Below are positions 46,133-58,936 of a stretch of 64,000 bases of DNA, one piece after another (within the stretch, counting starts at the first letter, position 1; each line of letters starts with the position of its first letter). Below the pieces are notes generated by a model. It had not been told where the DNA came from. It searched no databases and worked only from the letters and a program-made list of their open reading frames with translations. Both the position numbers and the translations under genes were made by a program. The DNA is from Marsupella aquatica (Eukaryota; Plantae; Marchantiophyta): contig OZ316899.1 in NCBI GenBank assembly GCA_973895155.1, positions 8,862,187 to 8,926,186 of the forward strand, in the 5' to 3' direction.

Positions 46133-48825
46133 CTATGCAGTGCCCCACACTGGTGGCACAACACTGCCAACAGGTAATCCTCGCATGATGTGCTCCTCAT
46201 GAGACTCCTCCAATGGTGGGACATCTGCTGCATGCGCATTACCCTCAATCAAATCATCAGGTTTAGTAATTACACCACTGAATGCTGCCAAAGACAATGG
46301 TGTGGATTTAGGGCCTCCCACAGGTCCACTAAATCTCATTGGCAATTTGCTCAATTGAGCATCTCCTGACTGCCAATCAGGTCTATATGACACTGATTCC
46401 TCCCAAAAATCAAGAATAAATCCCATGGGGTAAAGCACTGTACATCCCACCAACACATCATATGACTCTGCCTTAATCAGAATAGCTCGCGCCTGTATCT
46501 GTGAGCTATCTGTGGTATGATCTTCCTGAATCCTCAAATCAAGAGGTCTCTTGGTAATGTGCTGAGTAGGTGTAGGTCCCCCCAATGAAGTTTGAATGGG
46601 AAAGGGACAATCCTCCAAATCCTCTGGACGCAATCCCAATCCACGTATGGCAAACTTATCCAACATCAAGGGCTGAGCACCAATATCCAATAACACCCTC
46701 TCTGGCTGGTATACTGCTCTAGAAGGCCCAACTAATCGGAAGATACCACTCCGATTATCCAATGATACAACACTATGTTTAAACCTAGTCCTCTCAAATG
46801 CAGGGCGTGCTGGTAAATCCACCAACCGCGCTGCTGCTGCATGCCATGTCTCACTAGTAACAGTAGGTGGCATGGTCTTCACTACTTCAACACTACAAGC
46901 TGCTTCTGCATATATGGGAAGCAACCACTGGAGTGTGCTCATAGAGTGTAGCTGCCAATCTGAACACTTATGTAGGACCAACTCCCAAGTTCAGCATGTT
47001 TGTCGCTGAAAATAATGGGGTGCGTACCATGGCAGTAGCTGCCCCCATCAAGGTACTTGTCATCCCTGCAGCATCACTACCTGATTCTGCCAACTTACCC
47101 AAGCCAGGGTTTGTCCGAACCGGGTTCATAGAGGCAGTCTGAACTGTCTCTGACAATATAAAAGACTAAGGAAGCTTTGTCTGCCAACGTGCATCCCACC
47201 TCTGTGGATCTAACTCCACTACTGCTCCTTGGGGCTCAAGAGCTTTGGCTGCTCCATGTGTCAAAGCTGCTGATGCATCAATATGTGCAGTGTCACACAT
47301 GAATCCCATGGTGGCAAGGTCTCCATCAGCTCCATAAGATGTGGAAGGACCATGGGATGTGGAAGGTCCATAGGATGTAGATGCCCCATCACCAGAAGTA
47401 GGTCTCACCTGGGAACTAGCCATGGCAGCTAGTTGTTGCTCCAATTGAACAATCTTAGCATCCTTTGGATCTATGGTTACAGCAAGGGCAGCGTCACCTC
47501 CCTGTCTCCCCGCATGTGGCATGCCACGACCACGTCCACCACCTCTACCTCCTCTTCCCTGATCATGTGTACGGGATCCTCCTCCTCTCCGTAACTCAGG
47601 ATGGAGTGAGAAACACCTATCCTTGGTATGTCCAGGAGCTCCAAAGTGATCACACTGTCGCTGATCAGGCGCTGATGCTCTCGCTGATCCTCTATAATCT
47701 GGGCAATATCTCTGTGCATGATCCCTACCACAAGTCCAACATCCTAACTGCTGTCCAGCATAAGAGGGCACAAGTCTCTAGCTGGTAGACTCTCATGTAG
47801 TAGGCTTCTCCCTCTGGCTCTTCCGTGCAGTAGGCTGTGGTGTGGATGTAGATGCAGCCTTTGGTGCTTCCTTGGCAAATTCGGAAGTCACCACCTTCTC
47901 ATTCACCATATTGAGCTCAATACGCTCAGAAAGGGTAAAAACAACTGCTAATGTGGGATCTGCATCCCTAAGCAGAGTGACATCTCTCACTTTGAATTGC
48001 AATTCTCTGTCTAGAATTGCATACCAAAACTGGATTGCCTGAGCCTCTTTCACTCCCTTGGTGACAGTGATCAATCTGCGCATACAAGTGTATTCCTCAC
48101 GTAGACTCTCTCCAGTCTTGCGCTGGAACTCCTGGAGACCCTTCAACTTATCAGTTCTCACACCCTAATAATTCTGCTTCAGTACCTCAAAGAATTCCAC
48201 CACAAGGTTAAATGCTGGTGCAGCTCCAGTCCCTGTCACAATCACACCGGCAGGAGTAGCGGTGGATGCTGCTGGTGGATGGTGTGCCACTTTGGCTAAA
48301 GCTACTAGAAGAAGCAACAACTGTGGCAATGGGTTAGGCAGCCGCACTAGTGCCATAGGTGATGGACACGTAATTATGCGACCAATGCTGCCTCCATGCC
48401 TCAATCTCAACCAAATGAGCCTTCCAAAACTCATGGTAGTCATCCATGGGTGGCCCCTCCAAATGCTGAAATAATCCTTTCCATGCCATGAAAGGGGTAA
48501 ACAACGTGGCATTACGCAATGTCTGCATATTGCACCACGTATCAAACTCTTGGATGAAGTCATCCAAATCAATCATGCCAACTGCACCAGAGTATTGTCG
48601 TGGGCCCTTCGTAGCCCCGTACATCTCTTCCATATCCCACAACAAAGGTGCAATCACTTGATGACAAGGAGAACTGCTCACAGAGTCCTCATCAGAATCA
48701 CTGTCTGAAGCTGTGCTGCTGACTGCTACCAATGTCACTGGCCGAAACTGCGCCCCACTCCAAGTGAAACTAGTTTGTCGTCCATTGGGTAACCCAACAG
48801 CGCCAGAAGAATCCGTGGTGACCAA
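46133..48825 (-). pseudogene. gag (zinc knuckles) and aspartic protease of the DNMT-Gypsy
   Basis: FQRKTGESLRE, CWTCGRDHAQRYC, CDHFGAPGHTKDRC, VLLDIGAQ...YDVLVG. Confidence 0.8.
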
Positions 48826-50596
48826 CCTAACCTAATCTATATGCTAACCCTAAGGGAAATCTATCCCTGTTTGCAACACAAGCACTCACCATGGTGTGTT
48901 GGGCATCACTCCAACATCACCAGGAGAGAAATACGTAGCACAACTAGAATGTCCGGTTGCAAACCCGGATCACTCCTATAGAATCTCGGGGGGGTCACTT
49001 CCATGGAAGTGGCATATCATGTGCGACGAAGTATAGGGCCATTTAAATGGTTTTGGCAGAAGACTTATATAAGGTTGTTTAATTGCAAAATGCATACGTG
49101 TCATCACATGATTGGTGCCGTACAACTTTATAGAAAGTGACTTAGGGGAGGGGGGTCATAAATGACCCAAATCGTCGCACATGATGTATGACCCTTCATA
49201 TAGTGACCCCCCGAGTATAGAATCAAGCGCCCACGCCAAACTAACATGGCGCATAAATAAGAAGCATATGTGAAGAGGATCCAATCAACAAGAAGAGATC
49301 CACAATAACTCTCCACATCAATAGTGATCATACATCAATCAAACAATGTTCATAATGTTCAATGTGGGGCCTTCATAATAGGCCTCTCAATGTTCAATGT
49401 CGTAGCTAAGGATCCATGCACAATTGGTTCAATCCATGCATCTAGATGGATTCAGAAGCATCAAAAACCTCGGGGGAGCTTATGATTTGGCCCAAAATGG
49501 CAACCTAAACAAACTAGAATGTGTATAAAATGCCTAGGTGCTCATTCCATTAACATCAAAGTGGAAAGGAGTGTGTGTACACAAGAGCACTTAAGAAACA
49601 CATAGTTAAGCGCGTGGGGAAGGAATAGCTTTGGGATGGGTGACGTTTAGGAGGACGCCCGCAACATTCCCAAGTCGTTTCCCTTCGCAAACACGCAGGC
49701 GATAGTGCCTCCGCGCTCTGATCAGCAGCAGCCCGCATCCGCTACCAAAACAGCAACATTCAAAGTTCTATTTCTTCAACAAAACGCAGAGGTTGACATG
49801 CAAGTTCTGCAAAATGCTACATAGGCGGTGTCGTTGCACGATTCAACAACATCCGCGGCTGCTTCCTGTGCAAAAACAGCAGATCTGCATACGATGACGA
49901 TGCAGGCCTGATCTACCAACATCCGTGGTTGTTTCCCTTGCAAAAACAGCAGATCGACCCAATAGAACTGCATACGACAATGATGCAGGCCCAATCTACC
50001 AACATCCGCACCTCAACAGGCCCGATCTACTTCACAAAAATGCAAACAACAGCATACTATCCGTCGAATGGCCAGCACAGATCAGACACAAACTTCTCAA
50101 CACCGACTATAGCGAATCAAAATACCGGCGATCCACTCCACGATCCGAGGTACCACGGATCAAAACAACAGCTCCAATCGATTCGATCTACCACAAATCG
50201 TCAACGACAAACTCAGACTGAGATTTTGTCCGCACAACAGAGTTTGAAGCTCTTGATCTTTCAATGTAATCTCAATACAATTGGCACAACGATCCCGGTC
50301 AACAATTCCCCATCGATCCCGCACCGATCTGATCACACATATATGTCAAGCCAACGCACCTTGCACTACTCAAGGAATCCACTTTACACAAGTGGAGCTC
50401 ACAACCACCATAGCCACACTCAAGCTCCTCTCTCTCCAAGGCTCAACATTGAAAGATGACCTTTCAATGCCTCACAAGTGAGAAGTACCCTCTCACATAA
50501 ACCTGACAAAACCTTATCGGCTCATATAGCACACATACCAAACATACGGATCTAGATAGTACAATACACTCTAACACTACCTAGAATGGTGTGACA

Positions 50597-51950
50597 GTTT
50601 GTATGACGTTTGCGTGATGATTAGACTTAATTTGGATCTCATTTATGATAGCGCCAAGCGCTAATAAAATTTTAAGGATAAAACGGTCCAAATAACATCC
50701 ATTTGAGTCCTCAATGCTGAAAATCCGTTTGAATTGTGTAAAAACACATTTGTGGTTGATTGGTTAGCGCTCAAGGCTATTAAAATTAGTACTTTAAATC
50801 GGGTAATATAGAGTTATTTTTAATAGAACTTGGCGCTATCAACGAGGCCAAACCAATCAACGCTCATATTTTAACGATAACATTGAAGATTACAAGATAC
50901 GCTGCCAAAGTATGACACGGTTGCTCTTCCAATGGTAATCTTCCAAGTGTTTGGCTCCGTTGGTATTACGGTTGAGCAGCATTTTGATGTGCTAGGGACT
51001 AAATCTCTTAACCCTCTATTAGGACTTGGCGCTCGTGGGAGATACGTAATTCTGTAGGAGCAGCCTGTTCGAACGTGATATTTTGTACCCGAGTCTGTTA
51101 CTCCGTACTGGCTCAGGGGCTCTGGGAGAGTTGTATGATATTGTCCGACGTTCTGCTCAACACCATCGCCATCTCTCAGTTGGGTAATATGAGGATGGGA
51201 GATAGTCATGCCGGTCATTCTGAGTCCTCACTGTCCTCTTTTTCAGGTTCTGTGTACACCCGCCGCGTGACTCGGTTGGCTGTGTCTCATTCACATTCAG
51301 ACATTGGCTCAACTCTTCCAACCGCGCGACCAAGAAGGGGGAGAATGGACACGACTGAGGATGTTGCACGGGTTGATTTTGGTGTTGCTGGACTTTCAAT
51401 GGACAATTACATCTCCAAGCATGTCTTGCCCTTTGGCAAAGATTTCAGAGGATTGGAGAAGGAGCCTCCACAAATTCCTCTTTGTCGATTGCTTTGTATG
51501 GAAGTCGTGCGGACGTTGCAGAAGCATAGCGCCTTCATCAACAAGTTGAAGGAGTCATCCCGGATTTTTGGATACCATTCGCTCATGGGCATGCCATTCT
51601 ACGTTCAACTAACGAATGCAGATGGGGTTCCATAAATTTGCACTAATGAGATTTGAGCCTCTTGGGACCCAATCTGGGTTGCCGAGAATGACAAGTTTCA
51701 GGAAGAGTGTGACGCTGATCCGGATTTCAAAGTTTTGAAGGACAAGATGTTTTGTGTCTTTGATGGAAATCACCGTTTGTATTCGTGGTCAATTGTGACA
51801 GCAGAGCATCCGGACAACATTAAGTACCACCCTCGTGTGACTTGCATTGTTTTCAATGGAGATAAAGGTTCCCTTGTGGAGCTTGAGGCTGCCATGCACG
51901 CTATGAACTAGTAAGTCAATGTTCAGGACAACCTCATTTAATATGACCGC
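50597..51950 (+). mobile_element. Continuation of MULE-1 (intergenic palindromes plus start of ParB-like gene)
   Basis: Same 15-bp palindrome as 142-288 at 50649-50663, 50765-50779 and 50824-50838; orientation divergent from the transposase at 1-2357, as in MULE-2. Confidence 0.75.
51189..51910 (+). pseudogene. ParB-like first exon of the MULE-1 accessory gene
   Basis: Read through TAA and TGA: PPQIPLCRL...VRTLQK...FYVQLTNADG...LKDKMFCVFDGNHRLYSW...EHPDNIKYHPRV...AMHAMN then GTAAGT; clear homolog of 19770-20472. Confidence 0.85.
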
Positions 51951-52309
51951 GGTCTAGATTTAGCCGAGAGCTGTATGCTAGCAATACTGACTTGACACTA
52001 GAGTCTTGACTAAGAAAAAGCCCCCCAACCCACGCTGCCCAGGTTTTTATCCTTGGAGCGCATTCAGGGGAAAAGGCAAAAATCCTAACCACAACTCACG
52101 GCCTTCCACCGCGATAATCCAACTAAAAAACTATCACCTAAAAAACTTGACTAGCCCAGAACCCTGTGTGAACCGAGCATCTAATACTACCTAAGCCGAC
52201 AGGGCGCTACTTGCCATGTCCCATCCTACAACGGCCGCGCCCTTTTGGCCCAAGCCCTTCTCCTACCGCCACGTCCTCCTTCCAACCGATGACTGGCCCT
52301 CCTTAATTG

Positions 52310-55300
52310 TCAGGTGACGGGGGGTAAGCCCGAATCTTTTGACTCTACGCCTTCTCTTGCCATCGGCTCCGGCTTGATTCCTTCGACTTCCTCAACTTCG
52401 GGTTCTGGTTTGTCGGCCCCGGCATCAGCATCCTCCTGGGAAACGGCTTGGATAGCGTTGGCCTTCACTTCCTCAATCCAAGCCTGCTCTCCAATACGTT
52501 CTGTATCGATCTTCCATGGCTTCACATTCTGGTAGTCCATGGTGGCTGTACCGGTGTCTGAACCTGTTACCGCAGCTCCAAGTTCATCGGCATTACTTAT
52601 CTCTACCACGGCTGCCTTTGTAGCAATAGTCCCACAAATATGGGCGGCCATACTCTCGACCTCTTTTGGCGTGGCTTTGAGAGGTACCCCAGAAGTACCT
52701 GCTGGCCCCATCAATGTTTTGGCCAGATCCGCAACCAACTGTATTGCCTTGCCCCCAGTTACTCTTGACAATATAGATGTCGGCTTTGGCACCTCAGTAT
52801 TCCCGGCGACCACGCCACTAGCGGGAGACCGTCCAGTTGGTGATCCGTGCCCGACTTTGGCATACTTTTGCAAATTCTCTGTTTGATTATTTGCACGCCT
52901 CTGCAAGCCGATCATCTTGTCTTTGGCCTCCTCCAGCTCTTGGGATAAATCCTCAACCTCCTTGTTAAGCCGGTGCGCCTCCTCTTTGGCAGTCTTGAGC
53001 TCCTCGTTTAAGATCTGCACAATCTCAAACTCCTGCTTATCCAAAGCGGTTCTCTGGGAATTGTTGATGCTTTCCAGCTTTGTGACCTCGTCCGTCCATG
53101 CCTGCTTTGTCCTGATTAGCTCCTCCTAAAGCTCCTTGCGTATCTGTTGGACTCGGTTTAGGTGATCATTGGCCGTTGTGCAAACGGCGTCCTCATGCTT
53201 CTCACGCATGGCCTCCAACCGATCGAGTAACTTGTCATACTTCCTTTGGACTTCTGCCAAGGCCTTCTCGCTCTGGGTGGCCTGCTCCTTAGCCGTCTTT
53301 CTGAGCCTCTCGACTTGGCGATTTAGACCTTGTACCTCTGCTTTTGAATCGGCTAACTCCAGCTCTACCTTCATCAATTTTTCCTTGATCTGCTGGTTAT
53401 CCAATTGGTAGTTTTCCAATTGGTTGTTTGCCACTTCCAATTCCTGCTGCTTAGCCAAGAGATCCTGCTGAGTTGGTTGATCAGACTTTGTCTTAGCAAT
53501 TTCGGCTTCCATGGAGCAAAGCCGAGCGATTACCTCTTCTTTCTTTAATCGCTCCAACGTCATTGCCTCCTCCAACCTTGTTTGGTCAGCCATTTCCTTT
53601 CTAAGAAATGGTCCGGATTCTAACTCATTGCCGAAGATTTCTAAGGCTAGCAGTCCACACATGTCTCCATACTCCCTAGCCCGATCCCTGGCATATTTTG
53701 ACCTGCCAGGTGATACTGGCATGTGCCAACAAGGCCGTTTCTCCCAGGCTTTTGCCCGTAATTGATCAAAGTCAGTGAGAGGTTCGGCCTGCTTCTCACT
53801 AAGCCGTCTTATTTCCTTTGGCCAATCACCGCCTGGTAGATGCCGTTCCTGCATGTTATTTTGGGCCCTCCACTCGTCGAGTTTCTCCTTCAGACCTACC
53901 TTGGCTTCCTTCATTCGGTCAAATTCCAATGGTGTCACGTCCGGTGGAGGAGACTCTGGGGTTTTCTGATCCTCTGGCTTGCCATAAAAGACTGAGGGAA
54001 GTCTTCTACAAAACCTTCCCAACGTTCTCACTCCCGACACCGGTCTCTCCCCATGATCGACAGAATCATCGTCGTAGTCATCCACATTAACCTGACTACC
54101 GAGCATGTCGGGCTCTTTTGCAAAGCCCCCAATCTCCTCCTCTGAGTATTGTTGGGCTGCCACTGGTTGATTTACCTCCACCGGTTCCTCCACTCGGGCC
54201 CGACTAGAAGCTCTAAGGACTGGCCTCTCTGAACTTTGGCCTTGGCTTCCATCTTCTGACTCCGAATCCATTTGCTCATCTCATTTCTTTCTTTCTTTGG
54301 CAGTCATCTTCCTCTCTACCAGTTGAATACCTGCATATGGGTTATTACGAGTAGGCCATCGCAACGGATTTCTCACCACATCATATGTTACCACCTCTGG
54401 TTCCTTGAGAGGGAAATTCTCCCGTCTCTGGACTGCCTGTATTGCCGACCTCTTCTCTTGCCGTCGCTTGTTTAGGGGCTGCTGGTCCTCCTCCACCTCC
54501 TCAAGTGGTGTAGTGATCGGCATCCGCTCCTGTATAGGCAACACTGGTGCAAAAGATTGCCTTCTTGCATATCGGCAAAGTAATTGCAGATGGTACCCTA
54601 GTCTGGATACCGCTCCTCCCCCAATGCTTTGCTTCTCTTCATTCAATGCCTTCTTCAACTGCATTAAGAGATAGCCGTTGTAGTCTCGGCTTGAATCGAT
54701 ATTCTCCACCAAAAATACCTGGGCTTTGCCGATTTCTGCTCTCGGCAAGGTACAATGGAACGTGACTCTCAGGAAATCAATCAGCTGCCCTATATGCGGG
54801 TTTGTACATTGATTCCTGAAGAACCCATTCTTAGTGGAAGGCCCTGGAAATGACCTGAACTGGTCATCCGGCAACGTCTTCCTCTGCTCCACCTTAGTCT
54901 TCCTTCCTGTTGGTAAAGTGAAGACGGCTTTGATAAGCGCAGGTGTTAGTTTGAACACCTTTCCATACAGCAGCGTTGTGTTGGAAGAAGCCTCCCAGCA
55001 TCCCACGAAGTTCAACAGATCCTCATCTGGTATCTCAATTAACCGCCATGGTAATCGGATGAATCCCTCTAAGCCAATGTTGTTCATGTATCTTGAATAC
55101 TTGTTATCCTGGATAGCATAAAAGACCTCATCTTCTTCTTGTGCAAACTACAGTTGTAAGTCGATAGGTAGCCTATCCGCCCAACCCGCCATAAACTTAT
55201 CCTCTACTGCCCTATCACGAACTGGCATGGCTTCAGCCTTAGCCTGCCTCTCCAACCGGTTCCGCTTAGCTGGTGTTGCCAAACTACCCTTACGCTTCAT

Positions 55301-55654
55301 CTCCTCCGTTCCTGAGAACTCTCCAAGAATGGCTTCCTTGCTCCAAGCCAAAGTGTGACCCTTCAACTCCCACACCGGCTGCCCAGCGTTCTTAATCGCC
55401 TCTCGAATTCCAACAACTCGATTCTGTTGGATCAACAATTTGTCAAGCTCTGCACTGGTGGGAGTCCATGCAAATTTCTCAAGGACCTCTTCCGTTCCCG
55501 CAAAAGCCGTCTTATGAATTCCCCATAACCGCGCGAGCTCCGCCCGTTCCCTTGCTGCTCGTTCCTGCTCGACGTCTTCGTAAGTTGGTATGAGCTGCCG
55601 TGCTTCTTCAAGCAAACAACCCCAAAACTTGGCCGCTTGATTCACTGTGGTCAT
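52310..55654 (-). pseudogene. Single antisense ORF of about 1114 codons (plant-transposon accessory domain plus long coiled coil)
   Basis: The four track ORFs share one frame, separated only by TAG, TGA and TAG; GLEGFIRLPW...YGKVFKLTPALIKAVFTLPTG resembles Athila/Tat extra-ORF domains; heptad-rich C-terminal half. Confidence 0.7.
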
Positions 55655-56135
55655 TCCAGCGAAAGAAAAAAGAGCTTGAGCAATTCCCTAACCACCTCCC
55701 CTGATCGATCGGCAGCTACTTCCACCTCCCTAGGTTGATCAAACAAGCAAATGAGCAAGTGTACCGAGTGTCGGTCCCCTCCCTACAAAGCCGCCTCCTG
55801 ATGGCTTACCTGATCAAGCCCAGATTAGGTCATAACCCTAATCCCACTTAATCGCGACCGTTGGATCCTATCCTATCACAATCTCCCCCGAACACGTTGC
55901 AATCGGCTTCGATCCTTATTCCTCCCTTATTCTATCTACCTAATCTTTATTTAGCCATTATTTTAGGCCTAACTAAGTACTTTGTGATCCTGGCAAGGCA
56001 TCACACATAACCTTTGTTTTTGGCGCTAGATGGAGGGCCACTCTACTTATAGTAGAGGGGAGACATGTGCGAATGCACCAGGGTGAGGTACACCAGGCCC
56101 CAGTTTGTTACTAACCATTGTCATTATACGAGTAG

Positions 56136-58936
56136 ATGCCCGTCACCCGATCTCAAGCCGCTTACTTGAGAAGATTGACCAGCGAACGAGAGAGTGCGGC
56201 CACAACAAGCTCTAAATCCTCAAGCTCAGAGGATTTGCTATCACCTCGATGAAGAACATACCATCGGGACCTTTGGGGTTCGGACCAGCCGGTCCTACTC
56301 CGGTCCCTGCTGCGCCACCGCTAGCAGTACCAATGGTAGCAGCCCCACCGGCTATGGCCCGCGCTGCCCAAGGTCCCCCACAAGTATCGCAACGGTCATG
56401 GTTTCATTATCGACCTTTCAAAGGGCGTCATGGGGATGATCTGGATGAATGGTTGGATGAATTTGAAGCCACTCCTAAGGCCAATGGAGAAGATGCCATT
56501 AAGCTAACCATCCTCCTCGGTGTGATGCGGGGAGAAGCTAGTCCATGGTACAACTTGCTGCCACCCGGGACTACATGGGCACAATTCCAAGCTGCGTTGC
56601 TGCAAGAGTTTCATGCCATTGGATCAGAGCAGCGTTCTTTATTAAAAATCGGCCAGCTTCACGTGGGAAAGAAGGAATCCTTGCAAAAGTTCATTCAAAA
56701 TTTTCAGAAACTTGCTGCCAAGATCCGGCCCAGGCTAGGGGATGCCCTCCAGCTTACGTGGTTTCTCCACGGTTTCTCCACAAATATGCAATTTTGGGTG
56801 CGCCAAAATAACCCAATTTCAATGCAAGCGGCCATAGCATGCGCCAAAACCTATCGGGAGTCCACTTATAACTCTCGGCAAAGTCAACGGGCACGCCAAC
56901 ATAAGGGCAAATACGAGACCTTCAGTGACAGTGACTCCGAATTGGACGACAAGAAGAAGAAGAAACGCAAGAAGAAGAAGAAACATCGTTCGACCTCATC
57001 TAGTTTGGAGACGGAATCTAGTTCGGATTCAACTTTGACCAGCGGATCCTCCACTTCCAATTCATTGGGAAGTGATTCGAAGAGCGAGAGCCAGAGCAAG
57101 AAGAAGAAGAGGCGAGCTAAGAAGGAAGAGAAGGTCAAGCCTTGTGTTCGACAAACGATCCCCGATCCAAAGGTTGCTGAAGCAGACAAGCTCAATGAAA
57201 TTATGGATCGTCTCAAAGCATTGTCGGTACACCTTGCGAACAAGCCCGTGGAGAACAAGAAACCTTCCAAGACCCAAGCACATGCATGGAGCTCCAAGTG
57301 TTTCCAATCCGGGCACGTGGTGCAAGAATGCCCGCGATGGAAGAATAGGGTTCATCAGGTGGAATTGGAGGACGCTGACAGCCCGGGGCCAGAACCGGAG
57401 TCCACCAAGTACTTCTTTGAAGACGCCACGGATTTTGTCTACCAGATTTCCATGATGGGTCCACGCAACTTAGCTGGTAGAACGGCCTACCCTTACCCAA
57501 ACAATGGCAGGAATGTCCAGGTTATCAGTAACCCGAGCATTCCTCCTAAACCCGGGATTTGGCAATCCCCGGTTTGTTACAACTATGAGAAGCCGGGCCA
57601 CTTTGCCAGGGAATGCACCGAGCCAAGACGGTAGGGAGATGGTCGGGGTACTCCACTATGTCAGGTTTGCAAAACTGAGGCCCACTCCACGGCCAATTGC
57701 CCCTTGGTGATCGTTGCTCGAGCAAGTGCAGCCAGGCCGGCCCTTGGAGGTCCTGCTACTAGCGATGCGGTCGTACAAATGATCGTTGTAGAATGGCAAG
57801 ATGATACCATGGAATGGGTAAATCTGGTGGATGTGGTGGAACACCTGAACCCATCGGACAAAGTCAAGTGCTACCATGTGGCAACTCAAGCCGAACGAAA
57901 GCACAAGAAACAGGAAGAGAAGCGTCGAAAGAAGCAAGATACTACCCCGGTGCAGCCAGTAGTAGAAATCTCCCTAGAGGAGGATGACAATTACCGACAA
58001 GACAACCCAAAGCTATTCTTCCCCCGTATCAAAGAATTGGTTAAGAAGCAGTTGGAGGCTTATGAAGCACGCGAATACCAGAAGGCTATCGACAAGGATA
58101 TCAAAGCAACTGAAGCCGCCCAACGACATGAGCGGGAGAAGCAACAGGAGGAAGCCCAGCAGCGTCCCAAGGAAGAGAAGAAGGAGGACTACAATATCCG
58201 GCAAGACGTGAAAAGTTGCCTGGTCACGGCAATAGTAGGGCAATTACTGCGCAATAACCCTCAGTATCGACAGCAACTGAGACAGTTACTCACAGGTTGA
58301 AGGCGGCTACCCCGGGTAGGGACGGCAGATTGCAACATGATCTGTGAAGACCTGGGAGCGCCAGACATATCTATTGAGATAAACAATTGCACCATTAAGA
58401 TGGTCCTGGTCGATGGCAGCGCGGGAGTCAACGTCGTGACTGAAGAAACGTCGATCAAACTGGGATATCTCACGTATCAACCCATGGCCCGGGCCATCCG
58501 ATTGGCAAATGGGGCACGGGTCCTTCCCTTGGGCATGCTCACGCGGGTGCTCACTCTTGTAGGGGGCGTTGAGTTCTACCTCAACTTCCTAGTCATGAGG
58601 CCGGTAAGACCATCCTCTTATCCAGTTCTACTGGGGAGGCCATGGCTGTACGGGGGAAATGTAGTCACGGATTGGGGAAAGAAAGAGTTACAATTTGGGA
58701 CACCCACCATGCGAGTGTCATGGGCTTTGGATGACTATTAGGGAGAGACACTATAGAGGCCGGAGGAATATGATTCAGAGACCTCGGAGGAAGAAGAGCT
58801 CAACATGATAGAACTCATCTCATCTCTTTCCGAGGAAGATGTTTTCGGGATAGAGGCAACACGAGACACCCACCTCATGAACTACCCGAAGGAAGACACG
58901 TGCAACCTCAACCCAAGTTCCTCTAACCCCTCGACG
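56136..58936 (+). pseudogene. gag (retrotransposon gag, CCHC knuckles) and aspartic protease
   Basis: MPVTRSQ start, FKGRHGDDLDEWLDEFE, CYNYEKPGHFAREC, VLVDGSAGVNVV, YPVLLGRPWL. Confidence 0.85.

Larger units (their letters stand above)
41051..50596 (-). mobile_element. Ty3/Gypsy LTR retrotransposon encoding a C5 DNA methyltransferase and a PHD finger
   Basis: LTR remnant 41051-41123 matches about 50524-50596 (begins TGTCACACC in element orientation); order gag-PR-DNMT-RT-RH-IN-PHD. Inner end of the 5-prime LTR is uncertain (perhaps near 49020). Confidence 0.9.
51970..58936 (+). mobile_element. Ty3/Gypsy-type (non-chromovirus-like) element, 5-prime part, interrupted by Copia-2
   Basis: PBS-like TGGCGCTAGATGGAGGG at 56021; gag and protease downstream. 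Left boundary approximate; no second LTR in the window. Confidence 0.6.

Noticed and set aside
43000-48800. CpG depletion as proof that the DNMT-Gypsy methylates itself
   Set aside because: The Copia pol regions look similarly CpG-poor, so age or host methylation suffices; not quantifiable by eye.
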